NCBI GenBank assembly: GCA_963675785.1
Contig: OY776562.1
Coordinates: 1,999,774-2,063,773, forward strand
Direction of reading: 5' to 3'
DNA length: 64,000 bases
Source: Anaerolineae bacterium
GTDB lineage: Bacteria; Chloroflexota; Anaerolineae; UBA1429
This document shows, piece by piece, positions 56,285 through 64,000 of the stretch; position 1 is the stretch's first letter, and each line of letters begins with the position of its first letter. The notes beneath the pieces are model-generated. The model was not told the origin of the DNA, searched no databases, and saw only the letters and a program-made list of their open reading frames with translations. The position numbers were made by a program, and so were the translations under genes.

Positions 56285-56482
56285 ATGGCTCAAGAGACTC
56301 TCTTGAACGTCAAACAGGTTGCAGATTACCTGCAGCTGAAAGAGTCGACGATCTATTCGTGGGCTCAGGACGAAAAGATTCCTGCAATCAAGATTGGCCG
56401 AACCTGGCGCTTTCGTGAGACAGACCTAAACGAATGGCTCGAACGCCATTTGCAGGGTGAGGCTGAACCACTCAGCGAGTAG
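56285..56482 (+). CDS. excisionase-family (HTH_17/MerR-like) small DNA-binding protein
   Basis: LNVKQVADYLQLKESTIYSWAQDEKIPAIKIGRTWRF, the HTH_17 signature. GGGGGA upstream. Confidence 0.6.
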   Translation: MAQETLLNVKQVADYLQLKESTIYSWAQDEKIPAIKIGRTWRFRETDLNEWLERHLQGEAEPLSE

Positions 56483-56681
56483 TTTTTGCTTGCGTGGACG
56501 CTCTTGATGCCCCGGAAGACGTTACTGCGAATTCATCATCGCCTTTATATTCTAGTTGCAGAACAGGCGAACCGGGGATCCGAGTTTGACTGAGAAAAGA
56601 GGATTGGCATATGCCCAATCCTCTTTTTGTATTGCATAGATTCTGACTAGCAGTAGAATGCGCGTTGGAGGTAATGAGCAC

Positions 56682-58043
56682 ATGGAATTCTCCCCACAAC
56701 TCTACCAGCAGCCCCAACCACAAGCCGGTCGACGACACGCCCTTGCAGATATTATGCTGACCGCATTGCAAGCCGTGGACCCTACAGACGCCGTACAGCA
56801 AAGTGTTCACCTCACGGACACGGAACTCTTCATAGGGAACTCTGCCATCGCGCGTAATAGCATCGAGCACATCTGGGTAGTTGGTGCTGGCAAGGCCACT
56901 GCCGCCATGGCTGCTGGTTTGGAAGAGCAGTTGAACGATGCCATAACCGGCGGGCATATTGTGGTCAAATACGGCCACGGGTTACCTCTAGAGTATATTC
57001 GAGCTACTGAGGCGGGCCATCCTGTTCCCGATGAGAACGGCCTGCAAGGTTCCGTTGCCATTCTCGCACTGCTGAACTCGGCCACCGAGCATGATCTGGT
57101 CATCAGCCTCATCTCTGGTGGCGGCTCTGCGCTGCTTACCTGCCCACCTAAAGGTGTAGCGCTGGATGATCTGCAGCACCTTACCAAACAGCTCTTGCGC
57201 GCTGGCGCCACCATCAACGAGATCAATACGATTCGCAAGCATCTCGATCAACTCAAAGGCGGTGGTTTGGCACGTGCGGCTGCACCGGCGCGCGTCATCT
57301 CACTCATTCTCTCAGATGTGGTGGGGAACCCGCTCGATGTCATCGCCTCTGGCCCTACTGTGGCCGATCCCACTACCTACGCCGATGCCTGGCGCATTCT
57401 GGAACGCTACGATCTGCTTTCATCAGCCCCCGAAGCCGTGCTGACTCATCTGCAAACAGGACAAGAGGGTCGCGTCGCCGACACACTCAAACCAGGCGCG
57501 CCCGAACTGGCACGCGTGACTAATCTCATCATCGGTAGCAACGAGATCGCCGCCCATGCCGCCCTACAGGCCGCCTCTGAACAGGGATTGAATGCCTTGC
57601 TGTTGAGCACCTACGTAGAAGGCGAAGCACGCGACTTGGGACAAATGGCCGTGGCTATCGCCCGGCAGATTCTGGCGAGCGGCGAACCACTGGCCCGCCC
57701 GGCCTGTGTGGTATTGGGTGGAGAAACCACCGTGACCGTACGCGGCACGGGACGTGGTGGACGCAATCAGGAGGCAGCACTGGCCGCAGCTATCGCTCTC
57801 GATGGGCTGGAGGATGTAACCATCGCCTTTTTTGCCACCGACGGCACCGATGGCCCCACAGATTCGGCGGGGGCTATGGTTGATGGGGATACGCTAAATC
57901 GCGCCCGCGCCCACGGGTTGGATGCCTACGCTTACCTACAAAACAACGATGCCTATGCTTTTTTTGAGGCCCTGGGCGATCATCTGCTGACCGGCCCCAC
58001 ACGCACCAACGTCAACGACCTGGCCTTTGTGGTGGTGTGGTGA
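56682..58043 (+). CDS. glycerate kinase (MOFRL family, glycerate 2-kinase-type)
   Basis: N-terminal DUF4147-like and C-terminal MOFRL domains (GGGSALL, GGETTV, TDGTDGPT). Confidence 0.8.
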   Translation: MEFSPQLYQQPQPQAGRRHALADIMLTALQAVDPTDAVQQSVHLTDTELFIGNSAIARNSIEHIWVVGAGKATAAMAAGLEEQLNDAITGGHIVVKYGHGLPLEYIRATEAGHPVPDENGLQGSVAILALLNSATEHDLVISLISGGGSALLTCPPKGVALDDLQHLTKQLLRAGATINEINTIRKHLDQLKGGGLARAAAPARVISLILSDVVGNPLDVIASGPTVADPTTYADAWRILERYDLLSSAPEAVLTHLQTGQEGRVADTLKPGAPELARVTNLIIGSNEIAAHAALQAASEQGLNALLLSTYVEGEARDLGQMAVAIARQILASGEPLARPACVVLGGETTVTVRGTGRGGRNQEAALAAAIALDGLEDVTIAFFATDGTDGPTDSAGAMVDGDTLNRARAHGLDAYAYLQNNDAYAFFEALGDHLLTGPTRTNVNDLAFVVVW

Positions 58044-58597
58044 TGCAAGAAACAGCCTTTATCCTCATCACCGGAGAAAAGCGCGTCGGCAAGTCGACGC
58101 TTGCTGCTCGTGTAGCTGCTCGTGCCCAAAATAAGGGACTAGAGGTCGGTGGCATCATCGCCGAAGCGACCTGGAAAGATGATGGCAGCAAAGATGGCAT
58201 CGAGGTTTATAACCCGGCCAGTGGCGAACGCCGCAGATTAGCCAATGTGATTCACGATAGCAGGACGCCCACTATCGGCGAATACGCCTTTGAAATGAAA
58301 ACAGCAGACTGGGCATTGGAAGTGATGCAACAAGCCCTGGCCTCCCCACTCGATCTGGTTATCATCGATGAAATGGGGCGCCTGGAGCTGTTCTATGGCT
58401 GCGGGTACGCGCCACTTGTCCCTCTGTTCAAGCAAGCACAATCTCGCATAGTCATAATCCTTGTGCGAAATGGTTATGTCAATACTCTCATAGAAAAGAG
58501 TGGCATTGAACCCAATGCCACAATCGAAGTAGACGAACTAAACCGCGACAAGCTACCAGAACGGGTGTACCGACGTTTGCGAAAGTTGCTGAAATGA
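58043..58597 (+). CDS. THEP1-like nucleoside-triphosphatase (P-loop NTPase)
   Basis: Walker A ITGEKRVGKSTL, Walker B VIIDEMG. 1-nt TGATG overlap with the glycerate kinase stop. Confidence 0.6.
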   Translation: MQETAFILITGEKRVGKSTLAARVAARAQNKGLEVGGIIAEATWKDDGSKDGIEVYNPASGERRRLANVIHDSRTPTIGEYAFEMKTADWALEVMQQALASPLDLVIIDEMGRLELFYGCGYAPLVPLFKQAQSRIVIILVRNGYVNTLIEKSGIEPNATIEVDELNRDKLPERVYRRLRKLLK

Positions 58598-58629
58598 CAA
58601 GAGGGGCTGCCAGGCAGCCCCTCTTTAGT

Positions 58630-60903
58630 TTAGGCATGAATCGTAAATTCAGTCTGCCCCACCGGCAAAGTAGCGCTCTTTAGCATTGGCCCCTCCCTAC
58701 TGGGGAAAGCCACGAACACTTGCACTGGGTAATTCCAGCACGTCTCGATGCGCCCACTCACAGAGTTTGCATCCGCCTGCACCTCAGCCATTTCGACACC
58801 GCCCATAGAGAAATGTAGATCGGTAGCCACAAAGGTGGGCTGTTCGTGCCAGGGCAACAGTTTGACCAGGGCATTGCTGTGAGCTGCGACATTCGGAATG
58901 GTTAGCGTCTCCCCGGAGGAGAAGACCCCCAACAAGCGCTGACTCCAGAACTCGTAGGCCAAAAACTTTTCGGTGATACGCTGGCAAACGGCCTCATCTA
59001 GCGTCAAATGCAGATCAGTGCGTTCATCGTTCCAATTGAACAGGGCCACAGTGACCCAAGGTTCAAGCGCCGCACAGACGGGTTGTATGGGCGTAAGCAA
59101 CTGCGAGGGGCATTCGGGCGCAAAATAATCCAATGGTAGCGAGGGCGAATTCACCGAAGGAATGACGTGGCGATAGAGCGCCTTGCGATCGGCGTCCAAC
59201 TCGCAGAATTTCTCAGTGAAACAGACGATACCGCCGCCCACATACTGATTGAGGGCAATGGTACGAGCTTCATCGTCGTTCCATAGGCCCAGGCTCAGTA
59301 CGCCATGACGCGTATCGTTGATGGGCATAGTGCGACGCCGTACCATCATGGCATCGGGATCTACATGCCACAAGCGTGACATCCAGGTGCGGTAGATGTT
59401 CTGTTTGATCTTGGGCAGCGCCGGGGGATTATCCCACATACCGGAGACATCGCTGCCGCTACGCTGCGAATTGGCCAGCCCCAGTGAACCACCATAATGC
59501 CCGCCGCACACCGAGAGATAAGCCTCAGGGCCAATGCCACGCCGCACAGCTTGTAAACCACGCTCGTAAGCTTCCAAACGGGTGGCTGAGCGATCGTAAA
59601 AACGCACCCGCGGATCGACAAACACCGAACGCAGGAAATCCAGTTTGTGATAGGTAAAGCCCCAATCCTCGGTCAGACGGCGGTATAGGGTTTCGATATG
59701 GTCGCATACGCCAGGATAGGTTGGATCGAGAACATAGTTAGGACCATCCATAGCGAATTCATGTAGAGTGCCATCTTCCAGACGCAGCAAGGCGTCGGGA
59801 TAGGAAAAAGCACGCTCTGCATCAGCCTTGACCAAATAGGGGCAAGTCCAAATGCCGGGACGGTAGCCCAGAGCGCGAATCTTGTCGGCAGCGCGCTTCA
59901 TGCCACTGGGCCAAAGCTCGTTGCCCCACCAATCGCCCCAGTGCATATCCCAGCACTCGTCGATGAGGAACACATCAAGGGGTAGCCGATCCTTCTTCAG
60001 ATAAGCCAGGTCCTCATCAAAATCCGCCTCGGCGAAATGGGGGCCATAATAGTACCAACTGCACAGCACCGAAGGCGGGCGTTCGGCAGGTGGCTCCACG
60101 TGATGATAGGCACCCACCAAATCGGCAAAGACAGCGATCAGTTCGTGTTCATCATCGCCGGCCATCAGCAGTACCCACTGGCTGGTGCGCTCGCCGCCGC
60201 GCGGCAATACCACATGATCGAACTCGCATTCGGCCTGGAACAGCTCCAACTCCTGGCGCTCGATATCAGTGCGCAAGGTAAGGCGGGCCAAATGCCCCTT
60301 TTGGCTCAGATAGCCAACCAGCAGCCGTGTGCCCTCCGACAAGCAGCGATTCTTGAGCACCCCAAAGCTGTCCATCTCGATCTGTCGTGCCGTACCATCA
60401 GCTTGGTTGATATAGCCCTGCTCACTGGCGCGAGCCACGTTTTGAGCATAGTCGCCATCGAATAGACCCGGGCGAACGGAGGTGGGAATGCCATTCTTGT
60501 AACGAGCCTGAGCCACTAACTCCCAACAGCCGACAGAAGCCCCGTCCAACAGAAAGCCTTCGTGCCCCCGACAGCAGAGAGGATGCAGCGCAACCAGCTC
60601 AGCCGGTTCGCTGCCCCGATACATCAATCGCTGGCGCAATGCTGTAAGCTTGCCACATAGAGATACCCAAACCTGCCAATAGAGCACAGCCGCCGGTGTC
60701 TCGTAACAGTATTCGGTCAAAGAACCCTCTGCACCGGCAAGGTTCATCGGACGTTCGACAACCTCACGCAGCACCCAACGATCGGCAGCAGGCAGCGCAG
60801 GCGATATAGCTGGCAAGGCTAATTCGGTAACAAGCGCCACCCCTTTAGCATGAACAGTCAGCTTTTGGTCAGCTTGTTCTATCTGAAATGCGAACTGCGT
60901 CAT
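58630..60903 (-). CDS. glycoside hydrolase family 36 alpha-galactosidase-like
   Basis: Three-domain layout with a central TIM barrel carrying FLIDECWD...KLDF-type motifs, as in GH36 (nucleophile and acid/base Asp motifs). Confidence 0.7.
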   Translation of the reverse strand: MTQFAFQIEQADQKLTVHAKGVALVTELALPAISPALPAADRWVLREVVERPMNLAGAEGSLTEYCYETPAAVLYWQVWVSLCGKLTALRQRLMYRGSEPAELVALHPLCCRGHEGFLLDGASVGCWELVAQARYKNGIPTSVRPGLFDGDYAQNVARASEQGYINQADGTARQIEMDSFGVLKNRCLSEGTRLLVGYLSQKGHLARLTLRTDIERQELELFQAECEFDHVVLPRGGERTSQWVLLMAGDDEHELIAVFADLVGAYHHVEPPAERPPSVLCSWYYYGPHFAEADFDEDLAYLKKDRLPLDVFLIDECWDMHWGDWWGNELWPSGMKRAADKIRALGYRPGIWTCPYLVKADAERAFSYPDALLRLEDGTLHEFAMDGPNYVLDPTYPGVCDHIETLYRRLTEDWGFTYHKLDFLRSVFVDPRVRFYDRSATRLEAYERGLQAVRRGIGPEAYLSVCGGHYGGSLGLANSQRSGSDVSGMWDNPPALPKIKQNIYRTWMSRLWHVDPDAMMVRRRTMPINDTRHGVLSLGLWNDDEARTIALNQYVGGGIVCFTEKFCELDADRKALYRHVIPSVNSPSLPLDYFAPECPSQLLTPIQPVCAALEPWVTVALFNWNDERTDLHLTLDEAVCQRITEKFLAYEFWSQRLLGVFSSGETLTIPNVAAHSNALVKLLPWHEQPTFVATDLHFSMGGVEMAEVQADANSVSGRIETCWNYPVQVFVAFPSREGPMLKSATLPVGQTEFTIHA

Positions 60904-60982
60904 TTATCCCCCCCAATGAACATATATAAACAACGAGGGCTCTTCCCTAAAAGGAAAAAGCCCTCGCCACAAAGCATTACAG

Positions 60983-62056
60983 TTATTCGACCTTGACGGC
61001 CTGCATCTCACACTTGACGCAAAGCTCAGCAGCCTTGAGCGCATGCTCCTGGGTCATGGCTTTATCGGTACGGTTGATGCAGTCGAGAATCAGCTCACCA
61101 AAGTAGGGGAAGCCGATCTTGCCATGGACGTCAAAGCGATGCTCGCCTTCGTGGTTGACCATGTATACATGATCGCCCTCAGGATCGCGGGTTATATCGA
61201 TGTACTTGCGCATCTCGATATAGCCTTCGGTGCCCAGCAAGAAGGTGCGACCATCGCCCCAGGTACCCAAACCATCGGGGGTGAACCAGTCGCAGCGGAA
61301 ATAGCCCGTGGCGCCGTTATCAGCCAACAATGAAGCATCACCAAAGTCCTCGAGCTCGGGGTAATCCTTGAACTTGTAGTTGGCAACCTTGGCCGAAAGC
61401 ACGGTAGCATCTTGGGCTCCTGTGTAATACAGGAACTGCTCGATCTGATGGCTACCAATGTCCGTCAGGATGCCGCCATAGTACTTTTTGATAAAGAACC
61501 AGTCGGGGCGGGTCTCCAAGCGAATGCGGTGTGGGCCCATGCCAAGTGTTTGTACTACGCGGCCGATGGCGCCCTGCTTGACGAGCTGTCCGGCGTAGAC
61601 GGCGGCCTCAACATGGAGACGCTCTGAATAGTAGACCATGTACTTGAGACCGGTTTCAGCCGTCTTGGCCCGAACCTCAGCCAGCTGACCGAGCGTGGTC
61701 AATGGGCATTTGTCGGTAAAATAATCCTTGCCAGCATCCATGACGCGCAACCCCAGCGGAGCACGCTCTGAAGGAACTGCCGCGGCAGCAACGAGCTTGA
61801 CTTCGGGATCTTCCAGTACCTCGGCCTCGCTGCGGGCCACTTTGGCGTCGGGAAAACGGCCGCGAAACTCTTTTACTTTGGCGGGATCGGGATCATACAC
61901 CCATTTGAGCTCGGCACCAGCCTCGACTAGGCCATTGCACATGCCAAAGATGTGCCCGTGATCCAACGCGACTGCAGCGAACTTGAACTCACCAGGACCT
62001 ACAACGGCCGAAACCTTGCCCTCGGGAGCATAGTTCATGCCATCTGCTTTTTGCAT
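60983..62056 (-). CDS. Gfo/Idh/MocA-family oxidoreductase
   Basis: Rossmann N-terminus (FKFAAVALDHGHIFGM) and the family C-terminal domain. AGGAGG upstream. Confidence 0.75.
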   Translation of the reverse strand: MQKADGMNYAPEGKVSAVVGPGEFKFAAVALDHGHIFGMCNGLVEAGAELKWVYDPDPAKVKEFRGRFPDAKVARSEAEVLEDPEVKLVAAAAVPSERAPLGLRVMDAGKDYFTDKCPLTTLGQLAEVRAKTAETGLKYMVYYSERLHVEAAVYAGQLVKQGAIGRVVQTLGMGPHRIRLETRPDWFFIKKYYGGILTDIGSHQIEQFLYYTGAQDATVLSAKVANYKFKDYPELEDFGDASLLADNGATGYFRCDWFTPDGLGTWGDGRTFLLGTEGYIEMRKYIDITRDPEGDHVYMVNHEGEHRFDVHGKIGFPYFGELILDCINRTDKAMTQEHALKAAELCVKCEMQAVKVE

Positions 62057-62130
62057 GTTGCCTCCTATAAATATCCATAACTGCGCCCTATTCTAGACAT
62101 CTGAATCAAAATGTGCAATCGAATGCGCAG

Positions 62131-64000
62131 CTAATCCTGGAACCCTTCGACAATGCGGGCATAGCGCTGGACAAGCTCTTCGGCCTGCGCCTCACTTCGT
62201 GACTGGGTATAGATCTGAAAGCGCGGTTGGTCTTCATCCGGTGAAATCAACACCCATTCATCTTTGCCCAACTCTACCTTGACACCATCCATCTGGCGCC
62301 CCATCAGGCGATCCTTGAACTGTTCGTTCAACAAGCGCATGACTTGCCCCTTTGTCTCCCAGGGACAGGCCACTACACCCTGCGCCGTATAGTACTCGGG
62401 TATTTGGGCCAACGCACCAGAAAGTGAGCAGGCCTGCGTAGTCATAAACTCGCTCATCTTGACCACTGTCATAATGCCATCAACCACAGGTTGAAAATCT
62501 GGCCAGATAAAAGCGCCATAGCCATTAACTGCCAGAATAACCTCCGGATCGTTGGCAGCTGCCATCAAGGCATAGCTGTTGTTCTTGGTACGCGCAACCC
62601 TACCGCCATTCTGCTCGGCAATTTTTTCAAAGATGTTGGGCATTGAAACAGGCACAGCAATGGTACCGCCACCCCGTTTGCGAAGAGCCATTAAAGCAAC
62701 AGCCGCAGCCAGGCGGACACCCGAAACCATCTTGCCCTGCTCATCGACGACATAGACACGCTCGCCACCAACATCGAGGCGAACGCCAAAGCAGATATCT
62801 AGAGCGCCGCAGATGCGCCCCAGTTGGATCAACGCCTCTTGAAATTCCTGGGAGGGGATGGACATCTTGGTTTCATCGACCGAGCTGTTGAGTGCCACAG
62901 CGCGAATGTTCAGGCCGGCCTCCAGGCGAGGCAAGAGCTCGGCAGCAGGCGCGTTGGCAAAATCGAGCACCATACGCGGGCTGGCAGCGGCAATGGCCTC
63001 AACATCGACCACACGCATGAATGCTTCCATATAGCGGTCATAGACGTGTTCGGCATAATCGATGGTGCCGATTTCATCCAAATAGACTCGCCGAAAATCC
63101 TCGCGGAAATAGATCTTTTCAATGTTGCGCTCGGCGTCTTTGCTAAGGTCCTGGCCTGAGGCGTCAAAGAACTTGATGTCGACCACGCGATTATCAAAAG
63201 GTGATAGTCGCACATGCATACCCCCCTGGGCATCGCCAGAGCGGGTGATAAAGCGTGCTACGGGGATGGGCACTGAACCCACGTCGGACACATTGACGCC
63301 AGCCGAAGGCAAGCCAGAGATAGCACCGCGCTTGAGCATGCGCGGACTGCGGTGCGGATCACGGTTCATGATAACCGTGCTGCCTTTGGGCAGCGTAGCG
63401 GCAAAAGCTGCCCCAAGTCGTGCAGCAAACTCGGGAGTGAGGTCCACGTTCACCAGGCCAGTTACGCCATAGCGGCCAAATAACACGCGGCGCCCCTGTG
63501 CTCCCCAGATAATGCTGGTGCGCACGGTTGCGCCAGCTTCTATTTCCTTTTGCGGCCAAATTTTGACGCCAGGATGAATGACAGCGCCCTCGTCGATGAC
63601 AGACGAGTCGCCCACAACAGCCCCTTCAAAGATGACAGCTTTGCTCTTGATAGCACAGTGTCGACAGATGATGGCTCCGCGCAATTCCACGCCTTCACCA
63701 ATGTAGCAGTTGCGCCAAATGATACTGTGCTCTACATGAGCGCCGTTATCTACAACGCTGTAATCCCGAATGACTGTGGGGCCATGAATAGTCACGCCGC
63801 CTTTGATTTTGACGCCCTGCCCCAAGTAAATGGGGCCATAGAGCTGAGCATCCGGCGCAATCTCGACACCCTCGGCGCAATAAATGTCCTCGCCCAATCT
63901 TTCACCCAGAGGCTCTGTCTTGACAAGGCCACTCAATACATCACCAGTAGCACGCATGTACTCGGCAATGTTGCCCACATCGCACCAATAGCCCTTGCCC
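62131..64000 (-). CDS. sugar-phosphate nucleotidyltransferase / left-handed beta-helix / phosphohexomutase fusion, 5'-partial (N-terminus beyond window end)
   Basis: In-frame open to the window edge. Hexapeptide-repeat LbH region (VIRDYSVVDNGAHVEHSIIWRNCYIGEGVELRG...), then PGM/PMM domains I-IV. The C-terminal domain IV consensus is present. The active-site loop reads RLSPFD instead of TASHNP. Confidence 0.7.
   Translation of the reverse strand, partial: GKGYWCDVGNIAEYMRATGDVLSGLVKTEPLGERLGEDIYCAEGVEIAPDAQLYGPIYLGQGVKIKGGVTIHGPTVIRDYSVVDNGAHVEHSIIWRNCYIGEGVELRGAIICRHCAIKSKAVIFEGAVVGDSSVIDEGAVIHPGVKIWPQKEIEAGATVRTSIIWGAQGRRVLFGRYGVTGLVNVDLTPEFAARLGAAFAATLPKGSTVIMNRDPHRSPRMLKRGAISGLPSAGVNVSDVGSVPIPVARFITRSGDAQGGMHVRLSPFDNRVVDIKFFDASGQDLSKDAERNIEKIYFREDFRRVYLDEIGTIDYAEHVYDRYMEAFMRVVDVEAIAAASPRMVLDFANAPAAELLPRLEAGLNIRAVALNSSVDETKMSIPSQEFQEALIQLGRICGALDICFGVRLDVGGERVYVVDEQGKMVSGVRLAAAVALMALRKRGGGTIAVPVSMPNIFEKIAEQNGGRVARTKNNSYALMAAANDPEVILAVNGYGAFIWPDFQPVVDGIMTVVKMSEFMTTQACSLSGALAQIPEYYTAQGVVACPWETKGQVMRLLNEQFKDRLMGRQMDGVKVELGKDEWVLISPDEDQPRFQIYTQSRSEAQAEELVQRYARIVEGFQD

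Noticed and set aside
1-64000. CRISPR arrays, transposases, integrases, restriction-modification or toxin-antitoxin or other defence modules
   Set aside because: I looked for short spaced direct repeats, DDE, tyrosine or serine recombinase motifs, and methyltransferase motifs. None was found. The only repeat arrays are the 3x20-bp operator-like repeats (31131..31195) and the intragenic NfeD repeat.

Overview
This window is a GC-rich bacterial chromosomal segment. Its gene content fits a Chloroflexota-like or similar organism, but taxonomy cannot be proven from sequence alone. Two AT-rich patches stand out, at about 1-750 and about 1740-3400. Coding density is high on both strands. GC-rich antisense frames produce many long spurious ORFs; these are listed under rejected.

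Layout, left to right:
- An AT-rich block next to a tRNA-Asp(GTC) gene. It holds a partial nitrilase-superfamily gene, a MerR/GyrI-like regulator with its own 19-bp-spacer promoter, several terminator hairpins and a Cys-rich GNAT acetyltransferase.
- Housekeeping genes: a GT39/PMT-like membrane glycosyltransferase, threonine aldolase, GH27 alpha-galactosidase, rluD-lspA, aspS, an RpiR regulator, an MBL hydrolase and map.
- A glycan-assembly cluster: udk overlapping three consecutive GT4 glycosyltransferases, a 1122-aa Wzy/O-antigen-ligase-like protein with TPR repeats, and a WecA-like phosphotransferase.
- A cyclophilin, mgtE, and two tandem NifX/NafY-like (Nitro_FeMo-Co domain) paralogs with coiled-coil tails.
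- A dus-pfkB operon behind a triple 20-bp tandem-repeat operator array.
- An nfeD-flotillin operon.
- A catabolic island: sulfatase, two GDPD-family phosphodiesterases, and a LacI-controlled operon (Zn-ADH, iolG, creatininase-family hydrolase, TIM-barrel epimerase). I read this operon as the Thermotoga-type myo-inositol degradation pathway. It is preceded by a near-consensus promoter and two identical 14-bp palindromic operators.
- tyrS, a TSUP and an AEC transporter, a BMP-family ABC uptake operon, an orphan atypical OmpR-type response regulator, glycerate kinase, a GH36 alpha-galactosidase and a partial NTP-transferase/LbH/phosphohexomutase fusion.

I found no CRISPR array, transposase or integrase.

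The most notable non-canonical observations:
- the inositol operon with its paired operators
- the twin NifX-like genes
- the tandem-repeat operator upstream of pfkB
- the AT-rich tRNA-adjacent block
- near-identical terminator hairpins after two aminoacyl-tRNA synthetase genes
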